Positions 20,428-29,811 of a DNA stretch of 64,000 nucleotides are shown in pieces. Where the stretch lies: the IMG/VR virus record IMGVR_UViG_3300044970_001297, positions 1 through 64,000 of that record; one strand, given 5' to 3'. The notes under the pieces are model-generated. The model searched no databases and was not told where the DNA came from. It worked only from the letters and a program-made list of their open reading frames with translations. How positions within the stretch are numbered: the stretch's first letter is position 1; each line of letters starts with the position of its first letter. Both the position numbers and the translations under genes were made by a program. This stretch comes from a virus.

Positions 20428-21363
20428 ATGTCAGATTTCGCAAGTTTCAAGAAGAGTTCAAAGAACAACCTTGGCAAGATTGCCAAGGAACTGGAGAAGG
20501 TCACGAAGGGTGGAGGCGAGAACTCCTACAAGGATGATCGTCTCTGGCAGCCCGAGGTTGACAAGACGGGCAACGGGTACGCAGTCATCCGTTTCCTCCC
20601 CGCTCCTCCAAGCGAGGATCTCCCTTGGGTTCGTGTCTTCAGCCACGGATTCCAGTCGAAGGGTGGTTGGTACATTGAGAACTGCCCCACCACAATCGGA
20701 CAGAAGTGTCCTGTTTGCGAGGCAAACAACGAGTTGTGGAACAGCGGAAACGACGATGACAAGAACATTGCGCGTGATCGCAAGCGCAAGTTGTCGTACA
20801 TCAGCAATGTCCTTGTGATCGATGATCCCGTGAATCCTGCCAACAATGGCAAGATCTTCCTCTACCGCTATGGCAAGAAGATCTTCGACAAGATCAACGA
20901 CAAGATGAATCCTCAGTACAAGGACGAGGATGCTGTGAATCCGTTCGACTTCTGGCAGGGAGCGAACTTCAAGATCAAGATTCGCAATGTCGATGGATAC
21001 CGCAACTACGACAAGTCGGAGTTCTCTGCATCGTCACCTCTCCTCGACGGAGATGACAAGGCACTTGAGGCTCTATGGCGCAAGGAATACCCGCTTGTTG
21101 ACTTCGTGAAGCCCGATCAGTTCAAGGCATACGGAGAACTCAAGACCAAGTTCCAATCGGTCATCAATGGTTCTCAGTCTCAGAAGGCAGAGGACATGGA
21201 TATTTCAGAGGAAGAGGAGGATGCTTCGGAGAAGAAGTTCACCCCGAAGTTCCCAACTGCTGAAGCGAAGGCTCCTGGTCGGGAAGCAAAGCCCAAGACC
21301 AAGGCGAATGAGGACGACGAGGATGATGCCCTCGACTACTTCAAGCGTCTTGCGAACGAGTGA
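20428..21363 (+). CDS. gp32: single-stranded DNA-binding protein gp32
   Basis: 'DDRLWQPEVDKTGNGYAVIRFLP', 'WYIENCPTTIGQKCPVCE', 'YGKKIFDKI', 'NYDKSEF', acidic tail 'DDALDYFKRLA'; SD AAGGAG. Confidence 0.97.
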   Translation: MSDFASFKKSSKNNLGKIAKELEKVTKGGGENSYKDDRLWQPEVDKTGNGYAVIRFLPAPPSEDLPWVRVFSHGFQSKGGWYIENCPTTIGQKCPVCEANNELWNSGNDDDKNIARDRKRKLSYISNVLVIDDPVNPANNGKIFLYRYGKKIFDKINDKMNPQYKDEDAVNPFDFWQGANFKIKIRNVDGYRNYDKSEFSASSPLLDGDDKALEALWRKEYPLVDFVKPDQFKAYGELKTKFQSVINGSQSQKAEDMDISEEEEDASEKKFTPKFPTAEAKAPGREAKPKTKANEDDEDDALDYFKRLANE

Positions 21364-21375
21364 GTTTTATACATA

Positions 21376-21490
21376 TTGTTGTTCGCCCCAGTCTTCTCAC
21401 TGAGTCGGTCGTGGGGACGGTGCAAGCGTGATTACGCTATTCACCGCGCGTCGGGAACTAACTTAACCCGCACAAGGAACTTCGCTACCG
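21376..21490 (+). ncRNA. candidate structured small RNA (unknown family)
   Basis: Own late-type promoter TATACATA (21368-21375), no ORF, several hairpins, and a terminator at 21491-21520. Confidence 0.5.
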
Positions 21491-21520
21491 GACACCCCTC
21501 AGAAATGGGGGGTGTCTTTT
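21491..21520 (+). terminator. intrinsic terminator
   Basis: GACACCCCT-CAGAAATG-GGGGGTGTC-TTTT; same loop as the 12850 terminator. Confidence 0.75.
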
Positions 21521-21551
21521 ATTTCAGAACATGACAAGGATAAATAAGGGT

Positions 21552-21758
21552 ATGAAGAAGAGCAACAAAGATTTGATTGAATCGCTGAAAGCAATCCTCT
21601 CGTCCGATGATGAGATGAAGAAGGATAGGACAAAGATGCTCATCGACATTGGATTTTTTGGCTTGAACGAAAAGGAAAAGGCATCGTTGCTGAATCCAAA
21701 GCCCACTAGAAAGAAGAAGACAAATGGCACAAAAGAAGAAACTAACAGAGACTCATGA
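21552..21758 (+). CDS. hypothetical protein
   Basis: ORF preceded by a TAAATA late-type promoter and SD. Confidence 0.45.
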   Translation: MKKSNKDLIESLKAILSSDDEMKKDRTKMLIDIGFFGLNEKEKASLLNPKPTRKKKTNGTKEETNRDS

Positions 21759-22026
21759 GTCCGACTATCAGTTTGCTCGTCGTTGTGCCGATAGAATGAA
21801 TCTCCCGTGGCAAGCAATAGTTTCTAATCAGAAGTATGTTGACATCATCAGAGAAGCGCGTTATAGTAACATGAGCGTAAGTGAAACCGTGGCTTACTTC
21901 AAGGAAGTCATTTCCGAGAAGAAAGATATCGAAAAGAAGACCAAGGTGAAGACACCTGGTCAGACCATGGATATATCAAAGAGGAGCAAGGATTTTCCCA
22001 CTCCTCCCTGTGAAATGGATAGATGA
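21724..22026 (+). CDS. hypothetical protein
   Basis: ORF in operon with the exonuclease. Confidence 0.5.
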   Translation: MAQKKKLTETHESDYQFARRCADRMNLPWQAIVSNQKYVDIIREARYSNMSVSETVAYFKEVISEKKDIEKKTKVKTPGQTMDISKRSKDFPTPPCEMDR

Positions 22027-22704
22027 TTGAAGACATACAACTACCAACCAACACAACTAAATCTTCCTGAACTCCGTGTGCTTGAGAATAAGCACGGGAG
22101 AGTCTACATCACACCTTCGGGAAAGCATCTGCCGTCTGTCACGACGGTCACGGGCTTCGAAGGCAAGGATGGCATAGAGATTTGGCGCAGGGCAAATCCA
22201 CGCGAGGCTCAAAGAGTCTGTGATCGCGGAAACATCATCCACTCAATGATGGAACATCTCCTCAAGAACGAGGATGTTGTTCTTTGTGAACATTCCGATG
22301 TCAATGAACTCTATGAAATGCTGAAGAGTCATGTCGAGACAAAGATCGACAATGTCTATGCACTTGAGCAACACATGTGGAGCGAGAGCGTAGGACTCGC
22401 TGGCAGAGTTGACTGCATCTGCGACTACGACGGGAAACTTTCAGTTGTTGACTTCAAGGGTTCAACGCGGGAGAAGTATCCAAGTGGAATCAAGAACTAC
22501 TTTCAGCAAGCCACGGCATACTCTTTGATGTTCCAAGAACTCACGGGTCGAAAGGTCGAGCAGATCGTGATTCTTGTGGCTTGCGAGACGGGTGTCCTAC
22601 AGGAGTTCGTAAAAAAGCCCGTGGAATATGTCCCCGGGCTTCTTAGTTCTCTTCAGTTGTACAACCAGTGGTATCAGTTGAATCCAGTCACCGTCGAGTT
22701 GTGA
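22027..22704 (+). CDS. PD-(D/E)XK (Cas4-like) exonuclease of T4-like phages
   Basis: 'YITPSG..LPSVTTV', 'RGNIIH', 'LAGRVDC...VVDFK', 'YFQQATAY'. Confidence 0.85.
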   Translation: MKTYNYQPTQLNLPELRVLENKHGRVYITPSGKHLPSVTTVTGFEGKDGIEIWRRANPREAQRVCDRGNIIHSMMEHLLKNEDVVLCEHSDVNELYEMLKSHVETKIDNVYALEQHMWSESVGLAGRVDCICDYDGKLSVVDFKGSTREKYPSGIKNYFQQATAYSLMFQELTGRKVEQIVILVACETGVLQEFVKKPVEYVPGLLSSLQLYNQWYQLNPVTVEL

Positions 22705-22898
22705 TTGATATAGCGAACCTTCACTGGGAGGATCTCTCCTGGTGCAAGGCTGATTCTTCTGGCGGCTGTGGCTGAATCGTCGCGCCAAAGGCGAACATCT
22801 GCGGTGATTCCTGCTGTGGTTCCGTTTAGGATTCCGCTTGCGCCACCCGTCCATCCACCCGTTGGGATGGTAAATGATTCTGTGTAAGTCCTGTCCAT
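22674..22898 (-). CDS. small hypothetical (virion-like) protein
   Basis: SD GGAGG and late-type TAAATA upstream; 'GEILPVKVR'. Confidence 0.5.
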   Translation of the reverse strand: MDRTYTESFTIPTGGWTGGASGILNGTTAGITADVRLWRDDSATAARRISLAPGEILPVKVRYINHNSTVTGFN

Positions 22899-22998
22899 AG
22901 TAATCCTCCTGTCATATTTAGCAAAGCAACGATTTAGGAAATCTCAGAATGGGTCTATACATAGAGGTACATGGTTTCATTTTATAAAGGAGAACCAA

Positions 22999-23112
22999 AT
23001 GGAAGATTTTCTAGGTACGGCTTGGTGGAGCATTCTCATGTTTGTCGCTGGTGCTGCAATCGGCACCCCACTCTGGAATTGGGTTTCGAAGAAACTTCCC
23101 TGGAATAAGTGA
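22999..23112 (+). CDS. small membrane peptide (37 aa, not in ORF track)
   Basis: MEDFLGTAWWSILMFVAGAAIGTPLWNWVSKKLPWNK; SD AAGGAG, promoter TATACATA at 22956-22963, terminator downstream. Confidence 0.7.
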   Translation: MEDFLGTAWWSILMFVAGAAIGTPLWNWVSKKLPWNK

Positions 23113-23139
23113 TAGACAACCAAGTCTTCTCTAAGGGAC

Positions 23140-23165
23140 ACAGCGGCTTTTTGCCGCTGTTTTCC
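23140..23165 (+). terminator. intrinsic terminator
   Basis: ACAGCGGC-TTTTT-GCCGCTGT-TTT. Confidence 0.6.
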
Positions 23166-23200
23166 TTTATACATACTTTTACGAAATCACGGAGATTCAA

Positions 23201-23719
23201 ATGAACCCATTCACTCGCAGAGACTCATTATCCAATGCTGCCGCAAACACTCTTGACAAGAGCAAGAATCAGACTCTTGTCGAGGCACTATTGGAATCCA
23301 CATACAACACAAACCACCGCTCTGCGTTGGATGACAGGGCATTGTTCTATGTCGAGAAGCCAGAGAACATGCAAACCATCAATGCATTCATCAAGAGATT
23401 CCTCACGGGTCAGCACCTTGATCCAATGGATCGATTGAACCGCCTATTCCTTCAGTTGCAGACAATTGGTCTTCATGTGGACGATGGTGATATGAATTTC
23501 GGTGTCAAGGATGCCACAAACGGCACATTCAATGTCTATCAGTACGGAAGGCGCGAGAGCGACCATCCAATTTCAGGATCTCCATACATCGATGACGAGA
23601 TCTTCCTCCGTTCCCGTATGCATGGAAAGTTGAAGATCCGCACTTCCTTGGTTCCTGGTGGACTATACATGATCGATGCGGAACTCTACATGACAACAGA
23701 CAAGAAGAACCACGACTGA
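23201..23719 (+). CDS. hypothetical late protein
   Basis: TATACATA promoter at 23168-23175 and SD GGAG. Confidence 0.55.
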   Translation: MNPFTRRDSLSNAAANTLDKSKNQTLVEALLESTYNTNHRSALDDRALFYVEKPENMQTINAFIKRFLTGQHLDPMDRLNRLFLQLQTIGLHVDDGDMNFGVKDATNGTFNVYQYGRRESDHPISGSPYIDDEIFLRSRMHGKLKIRTSLVPGGLYMIDAELYMTTDKKNHD

Positions 23720-23726
23720 GTTTCTA

Positions 23727-24104
23727 ATGTCGGACAACCGTATTCGTGATGAAGACTTTCTGACCTTCGCACTTGAACACTATGACAATCCGCAATGCTC
23801 CTCGCTTGAGGAGTTCTATGAGGATATAGACAGGATCAAGTATCTGAAGAGATTGATGAATCGCGATGAGGGAGACATGGGTCAGAGGAACAGGCTGATA
23901 CTGAACCATCTCATCATAATGACGAATGTGTTTGGGATAGAGGTTGGAAACAGGATATTGTTTCACAGGATGGAGGAGAAGTTTCATCCAAGGCTCAAGA
24001 CATTCCTGTATTATCTGAATGTGCTTCGTCATGAAATACCAGAGGCCGACATTGCCACAATACCCATGGAAGATTCCCTTTTGCAGGAACTGAGGAAAAT
24101 ATGA
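23727..24104 (+). CDS. conserved T4-like phage hypothetical protein
   Basis: 'FALEHYDNPQC...EFYEDI.RIKYLKRL....RLILNHLII..NVFG....LKTFL.YLN', recognised from cyanophage-type T4-likes. Confidence 0.7.
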   Translation: MSDNRIRDEDFLTFALEHYDNPQCSSLEEFYEDIDRIKYLKRLMNRDEGDMGQRNRLILNHLIIMTNVFGIEVGNRILFHRMEEKFHPRLKTFLYYLNVLRHEIPEADIATIPMEDSLLQELRKI

Positions 24105-24880
24105 ATCAGACATACCAGAACTTCATGAGACAAAACCTGAGCGAGGAAGCCCGAAGGCTGATGTCCGAGGCACTTGAGGATCAGGACAAGATGGACATCC
24201 TTGAGATCCTGCTTGACGAGGAAGTTGCAAACACGGCATCTGCTCCTGGCATTGCAATGGTCTCCAATGGCGAGCCTGTTTCGCCAAAGTACAGCCAAAA
24301 GGAGTTCGGCAAGGGAGTCTGGCGAAGAAAGAAGAAGAAAGCACCGATATTCGAAGCAACGCAGAAGAAGCCAACGAAGCCAGCAAAGAAGGCGAAGCCA
24401 TTCACTGGACACCTTGAGCATGTAGGAGACATGATCTATCACGGAAACCCAAGCGAGGCACTCAGGCACATGACTGCCATGCATCAAAGGTTCAAGGGAA
24501 AGCACACCAAGGGGCATGAACCTTCTCTCAAGGTCGATGGTGGAATGAGTGTCGTGGTAGGCAAGGAGCATGATGGAACCCATTTCGTCAAGTCAAAGCA
24601 TGGACAGGTCGAGCATGTCTTCAAGACACCAGAGGATGTTCATGCAACTGGCAAGGAACACTATGTCAAGCACCTTGTCCCTCTCCTTCATCATGTCAAG
24701 ACCATGAACATCAAGCCAGGTCATGCGTTTCAGGCAGACCTTGTGCATCATGAGGCAGATGGTGAGAATCAGACCACGGCAAAGCCAAACACAATCACAT
24801 ACAAGGTCAAGAGTGGAAAGAAACTCACACTAGCAGCACATTCGCAATATGCTCTTCCAAAGCCAGGAGCAAAGGCATGA
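24101..24880 (+). CDS. probable head-internal protein; N-terminal half of a DUF6267-like (ATP-grasp/ligase-like) protein
   Basis: Leader 'MNQTYQNF...LSE', 'EEVANTASAPGIA' module, then 'HLEH', 'SLKVDGG', 'FQADL', 'KPNTITY'. Confidence 0.55.
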   Translation: MNQTYQNFMRQNLSEEARRLMSEALEDQDKMDILEILLDEEVANTASAPGIAMVSNGEPVSPKYSQKEFGKGVWRRKKKKAPIFEATQKKPTKPAKKAKPFTGHLEHVGDMIYHGNPSEALRHMTAMHQRFKGKHTKGHEPSLKVDGGMSVVVGKEHDGTHFVKSKHGQVEHVFKTPEDVHATGKEHYVKHLVPLLHHVKTMNIKPGHAFQADLVHHEADGENQTTAKPNTITYKVKSGKKLTLAAHSQYALPKPGAKA

Positions 24881-25890
24881 AAAAGATCACTAGCCACCCA
24901 GATGTTTCTCAGTTGCAGGGAGAGGGCATTCATGCTCCCGATCTTGCCATCAGGAAGACAACCAAACTATCCTTGTCTGCAAAGAGAGATGCCGCTATCA
25001 AGAAGCATCTCGCCGCTGCACATAAGCACCTGACACCAGAGGTACATGAGTTCTCCCGCAAGTTGGTTGGCAACAAGAGACTTCACGGCATCGTCAGGCA
25101 GTATTCGAACACCGCAGCACGAACAACTGGCGATAGAAGCGTCGAAGGACTCAAGGCACACGCGCAGAAGTTCGTACACAAGACGAACAAGAGCGAGAAG
25201 GGTCGTGCCAAGGCACTCACTGCCCTGCATGGCGAGATAGATTCCAATGCACATCACTTTCATGCCATGTTCCAGGCACATCACCACATAAATCAGGCAA
25301 AGCACCACATGCTTGATCAGTTCAAGGAGCATGGACATCAGTTCGACATCGGCACCCATGGTGGCGAGGAACACGAAGGTCTCGTCTCCACGATGGGCAA
25401 GGGGAAGAAGGCAGTTCAAGTGAAGATGGTGCGCGAAGGGCCAGGCGGATTCCCCGCAAGGAACTTTGCAAATCCAAGGTTCAGCAAGGGACAAGAGCAG
25501 ACGAACGAAGATGTTGGCATGAAACTCTCGCTTGACATCGCAAACACATCGCTGATGGAAACCCATTATGTGGTGTATGGTGTCGAGGACATCAGCGTCG
25601 ATCAGGTGCTATCGCTCATTCCATCCGAGGAACTTGAGATGCTTGCCGAGGGAGCAAAGCGCAAGATCGTCATTCGTGGTGGAAAGAAGAAGATAGTCTT
25701 CAAGTGTCCAGAGGGACAGAAACTCGCGAAGAAGGGCGGGAAGGCTTGCATAAAGATGGGTGGAGCAGAGAAGGCTCGTCGCTCAAGGCAAGCAAAGAAG
25801 TCTGCGAGGAAGTCCAAGAAGAAGAGGGCAGCAGCAAATCGCAAGAGAGCAAAATCCATGAAGCGAAGAAAGTCGATGGTGAGGGAATGA
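24877..25890 (+). CDS. C-terminal half of the DUF6267-like protein plus a basic prohead-core-like tail
   Basis: 'HEGLV...VKMVRE..F...NF'; C-terminal 'KCPEG...CIKM...KKSARK..KRAKSMKRRK'. Confidence 0.5.
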   Translation: MKKITSHPDVSQLQGEGIHAPDLAIRKTTKLSLSAKRDAAIKKHLAAAHKHLTPEVHEFSRKLVGNKRLHGIVRQYSNTAARTTGDRSVEGLKAHAQKFVHKTNKSEKGRAKALTALHGEIDSNAHHFHAMFQAHHHINQAKHHMLDQFKEHGHQFDIGTHGGEEHEGLVSTMGKGKKAVQVKMVREGPGGFPARNFANPRFSKGQEQTNEDVGMKLSLDIANTSLMETHYVVYGVEDISVDQVLSLIPSEELEMLAEGAKRKIVIRGGKKKIVFKCPEGQKLAKKGGKACIKMGGAEKARRSRQAKKSARKSKKKRAAANRKRAKSMKRRKSMVRE

Positions 25891-26756
25891 ACAGCACAAT
25901 GAAAAGAATCGCACTGATCCTTTCGATGGGAATAATGATGATCGGTGCAAAATGCACATCGGCTCCAAAGGTCGAGAAGCCAGCGACTCCCGTAGCAACC
26001 ATTGTATATGACGATGTCAAGAAGGTGACCGAGTCCAACGAAATCGTCAAGACAACTGCTCAGGAGATTCAGCAGTCATCTGCCGCGATCACTCAATCTG
26101 CCACCGTCATCAAGGACAAGACCGAAGATCCAGTGGTTGCCGAAGAGGCAAGCAAGATAGTTGTCGAGAGCAACAAGGTGGAGAATGCCTCCATCTCAAT
26201 ACAGAAGGAAGTTGACATGGTGCAGAAGGATCTTTCTGCCGAGAATGTGCAGCCTCTTCTTGAGCAGATTGAGCAACTTGAGAACACCAACAGCGATTGG
26301 AAGAAGAAGTACGACGATCTCGTCGCAGCATCGACCGCAGAGATTCAGAAGATTGTGAGAATCTTCTGGATGGTTGGGTTTGCAATGATCGTGGCAGGAA
26401 TGATCGTGGCATACTTTCACAGGGTCATCGGTGGAATCATCCTGTGCGCGGGATTTGTTTCCGTTGGTCTTGCAGCAGCAAACCAATACTACTATCAGGA
26501 GATCGCCACGGTTGGTCTTGTGGTATTCATAATCGGATTCCTCGCATCTGCGATTTCAGTTGGCTACTTCATCTTCAGGAACAAGAAGACGGAAGAAGCA
26601 GTCGCAGACAATGTCAAGTTGCTTGAGGACATCAAGACCGAGATTCCCGAAGAGGCAAAGATCAAGATCTTCGGTGACGATGGTATTGCCAAGAAGGTTC
26701 AGAAGCAATCCACTCAGAGGCTCGTCAAGGAAATCCGCTCAAAGTTGGTCAAATAG
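25887..26756 (+). CDS. membrane protein (lipoprotein-like signal, coiled coil, about 3 TM helices)
   Basis: 'MKRIALILSMGIMMIGAKC' followed by a coiled coil and hydrophobic helices. Confidence 0.6.
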   Translation: MNSTMKRIALILSMGIMMIGAKCTSAPKVEKPATPVATIVYDDVKKVTESNEIVKTTAQEIQQSSAAITQSATVIKDKTEDPVVAEEASKIVVESNKVENASISIQKEVDMVQKDLSAENVQPLLEQIEQLENTNSDWKKKYDDLVAASTAEIQKIVRIFWMVGFAMIVAGMIVAYFHRVIGGIILCAGFVSVGLAAANQYYYQEIATVGLVVFIIGFLASAISVGYFIFRNKKTEEAVADNVKLLEDIKTEIPEEAKIKIFGDDGIAKKVQKQSTQRLVKEIRSKLVK

Positions 26757-27324
26757 CGGAGAGAAGAATCTCGCTGTGAATCTTCTTGCAGATGTAGTAG
26801 GCATCTATCACATCTGACACTGGAGATGCAACATCTCTCTTGTCGGGTGTCATGATAGACTTGAGGTCTATGCCAGTTTCCTTCAGGAATGCCTCATGCA
26901 TGGCGGCTTTGTCCCCGTTTCCCTTGCCACAACCAAACTTCTTCACCTCTGTGGGTGGGATGATGGTGACGGGTATGCTCTCTTGGAACAACTTGTACTT
27001 CAGTACGCCAGTGTTCTCAGCGATATGAAACACCTTGCCCGTTGCCGAGTACGCATAGCCTTCTAGGGCGACTTGCTTGACATCCTTGAGAATGTCTATT
27101 GCCCAATCAGCAATGCTCTGATACCTCTCCATGTCCTCTTCCCATTCGGAGAACAACTCTCCATGAATGTTTCCCATGAAGACCTTGGCATACTTCTTGG
27201 TATCGGTGAGGAAATAGAAGCAGCAGTCATCGAAGGAGAATCTTCCACCGCCTTCGAAGACGCAGATGCAAGGACCACAGAGAGAGTAGTCGATTCCCGC
27301 GATGCTGTGGAGTTCATGTCCCAT
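26749..27324 (-). CDS. RuvC-like Holliday junction resolvase
   Basis: 'AGIDYSL', 'VALEGYAY', 'IAENTGVLK', 'PTEVKKF..GKGNGDK', 'SDVIDAY'. Confidence 0.8.
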   Translation of the reverse strand: MGHELHSIAGIDYSLCGPCICVFEGGGRFSFDDCCFYFLTDTKKYAKVFMGNIHGELFSEWEEDMERYQSIADWAIDILKDVKQVALEGYAYSATGKVFHIAENTGVLKYKLFQESIPVTIIPPTEVKKFGCGKGNGDKAAMHEAFLKETGIDLKSIMTPDKRDVASPVSDVIDAYYICKKIHSEILLSAI

Positions 27325-27334
27325 GCAAGAGTAT

Positions 27335-28687
27335 TTAGGACAAGATGTAGTTCAATGTTCCCTGAGACGCATCGATATTCGTGTATGCGGATTTTGTTCC
27401 TATCATCTTGAACGATGCAATATCACCAGGCACTTTGGTGGCAGTAAACTTCAAAGATCCCGATTTTACTGATTTTACATCCAAGTTTATCTGATAGAAG
27501 TTCTTTTCTCCCAGTGCAGTCAACGCAGCATCTATGCTTTTTGGGTCGGCATTGAACTCATTTGCCATATTCTTGCAGAAGAAAACGGTTGTGGATGCGT
27601 CAAGTCTGGCCAAGGCAACCTCATCACCGAGTTCTTTCATCTTCTTCTCCAATGCCGAATAAACAACACGGACATCTGGTGAATACTGAGACATCTTGTC
27701 GTACTTCTTGAACTCTTCGAACACTTTGTATGTGTTGCCTATCTTGGACTTTCCCAAGCCAAGGATGTTTCTTATGCCATATTCGTATATGATCTTCTTC
27801 GCATCTTTTTCAGTTGCACCTATGTTGGTGGCTGCTTCCCATATCTTTTTGATCACGCTTCCGTCTGGTCTGTATTTCTTACTCTTTGTCACGATTGGAT
27901 ACAGGTTTCCAAAGAAACTTGCTGCCGCACCAGTACCCGCTTTCAAGGACAATGGAATCATGTCCCCATCTCTTGTTTCTGCTATGGCATCCGCTCCTTT
28001 GAAGGATTCGGACAAGGGGTAGATCATTCTCTTGACTTTTTTCCCTACAAATGGATTTACTCCAGATATGGCTTGTGCTGTTTTGTTTTCAAGAAGTATT
28101 ATACCAATGCAAACTTCACCAAGATACTTGAACTCTGCTATCTCTCCATCGTCTATGGCACCTATCCATTCAATCTTTGTGTGGTTGTCTCCGTCGAAAT
28201 ATTTTTCTAGAGATTTCTTGAAGTTCTTGTTCTTGTCCAACAACTTGTTCGTTCTGATATAAGCATTGCAAGACTCGGTAAGTTCCGATGTTTTGTTGAA
28301 CACAGCACACGCCACATTCTTATCACCAAAAATGTCGAGTTTGGTGATTGTTGCCTTGCTCAACATGTTGCTGGTCTGCAACTTCAGATCTATTCTGCCA
28401 GTTTTGGATGGCTTTGACATATTCTCTATGGTGCAGAGATATTCTTTGTTTTTGTATTCGACTGGAATCCACGCAACAACCTTTGGTCCCGTCCTACCCC
28501 CTGCGTAGGAGAGATATTCCTTCTCGTTCTTGAGGGATTTCAAGGTCACGGTATCTCCTTCGCGGAGAGATACCGCTGTGTGTTTGCCAACTGGCTTGAG
28601 TGTTGTGGCCTTTTTCAGAACTACAGGAACATCTCCCTTACCCTCAAAGTACTTCTTCCATGTGGCAAGACCCGCTGTACTGGCCAT
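27335..28687 (-). CDS. hypothetical protein, possible PD-(D/E)XK endonuclease
   Basis: K-rich and AT-rich; 'LGEV...ADAI...IPLSLKAG' resembles a restriction-fold D..(E/S)xK motif. Confidence 0.4.
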   Translation of the reverse strand: MASTAGLATWKKYFEGKGDVPVVLKKATTLKPVGKHTAVSLREGDTVTLKSLKNEKEYLSYAGGRTGPKVVAWIPVEYKNKEYLCTIENMSKPSKTGRIDLKLQTSNMLSKATITKLDIFGDKNVACAVFNKTSELTESCNAYIRTNKLLDKNKNFKKSLEKYFDGDNHTKIEWIGAIDDGEIAEFKYLGEVCIGIILLENKTAQAISGVNPFVGKKVKRMIYPLSESFKGADAIAETRDGDMIPLSLKAGTGAAASFFGNLYPIVTKSKKYRPDGSVIKKIWEAATNIGATEKDAKKIIYEYGIRNILGLGKSKIGNTYKVFEEFKKYDKMSQYSPDVRVVYSALEKKMKELGDEVALARLDASTTVFFCKNMANEFNADPKSIDAALTALGEKNFYQINLDVKSVKSGSLKFTATKVPGDIASFKMIGTKSAYTNIDASQGTLNYILS

Positions 28688-28690
28688 AGT

Positions 28691-29158
28691 TTACTTCCTC
28701 TTGCGCGGTGATCTGGTTGATTTTTTCTTCGAAGATGTGTTCTTTATGGTGAGACGAACCTTTTCTGGCACACCGCCACCAGCACGGACAAGCCTCTCGC
28801 CTGTTCCCTTGGCAATCTCTCTGGTTGCCAACTTGCGAATCTGAGACAAAGTACCGACACGCGCATTCACGGGTGTCTTTGCATATGCAAGGCACATCTT
28901 TCCAGCGCAACGAGACATGAACTTGCCGACACGCCCAGCGAAGTCCATTACGCCCTCGCTGAGTTCCTTTGGACCACCGACGATCTCTGCGCTTGGTATG
29001 GTCGCGAGTGCCGTCCTCTTGGCATCTGATTGGTTCAAAGCCTGAATCACGACCTTGCGTGGGCTTCTGCCCTTTTCACCAGGCAACCTGTACCGAACAA
29101 GGTAGTTCTTCTCGTTGCTGTCCTTCTCGTCCTTGCTTGTTTCTTTCTTTTCAGCCAT
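28691..29158 (-). CDS. basic hypothetical protein (probable head-internal protein)
   Basis: Internal 'LSE|G' site followed by a basic module. Confidence 0.5.
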   Translation of the reverse strand: MAEKKETSKDEKDSNEKNYLVRYRLPGEKGRSPRKVVIQALNQSDAKRTALATIPSAEIVGGPKELSEGVMDFAGRVGKFMSRCAGKMCLAYAKTPVNARVGTLSQIRKLATREIAKGTGERLVRAGGGVPEKVRLTIKNTSSKKKSTRSPRKRK

Positions 29159-29163
29159 GTGTC

Positions 29164-29724
29164 TTATCCTAGCATTGGCCTGTCGCCATTGTTGAGTTTT
29201 GATAGGTCGATCTTTTGATTCGTTGCGGGGCGGAAGGAGTTGATTGTAGGCTCCGTCCTCTCTGGCTGTGTCGTGGGCATCCCCTGCATTGGTTGGTTTC
29301 TGAATCTTTCTCTGCCGTTCAGGACACCCTCCAGAACAGAGCCAGCCTTGGGTGTCTTCTGCTGTGGCTTCGAAGCCCTTGGCATTTCATTCACAACCTG
29401 TCTGTGCTGTGGTTCCTCTCGTCGTGCTGGTTCGTGTGTCCGAACTGAGATTGTTTCCTTCGGCACATTGAACTTGCGCTCTATTGATTCTGAAAGTTTC
29501 TTGAAAGTCGTGTTCTCTGGTAGTTTCGATGCGCCAAGACGCTTGATGCCGTCGTTTGATGTAAACTTGTATTTCATGGCTTCAAAGGTTTCCCTATCCT
29601 CAAAGATGTGCAATACAGAAGTGTTGTCTGAATAAAGAGTGAACAATGTATACTTCCCCGATAGATCGGGGTCATTGCTTTCCAAAAGAACGCGAGTGAT
29701 GCTTGATGTTAAAGAATCGGCCAT
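29164..29724 (-). CDS. hypothetical late protein
   Basis: SD GGAGG and CATAAATA promoter; 'LLE', 'LSE', 'VNE' sites. Confidence 0.5.
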   Translation of the reverse strand: MADSLTSSITRVLLESNDPDLSGKYTLFTLYSDNTSVLHIFEDRETFEAMKYKFTSNDGIKRLGASKLPENTTFKKLSESIERKFNVPKETISVRTHEPARREEPQHRQVVNEMPRASKPQQKTPKAGSVLEGVLNGRERFRNQPMQGMPTTQPERTEPTINSFRPATNQKIDLSKLNNGDRPMLG

Positions 29725-29760
29725 CTCAGATGAATCCTCCGATTTATTTATGAAACAACA

Positions 29761-29783
29761 AAGGAGAGGTTTCCCTCTCCTTC
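29761..29783 (-). terminator. intrinsic terminator
   Basis: AAGGAGAGG-TTTC-CCTCTCCTT hairpin after 29812..30765. Confidence 0.55.
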
Positions 29784-29811
29784 GTGTGCATACCACCTTG
29801 TAGCCTAAGGT

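Noticed and set aside
22027-22704. Cas4-like nuclease as part of a phage CRISPR system
   Set aside because: No array or other cas genes; this is a common core exonuclease of T4-like phages.
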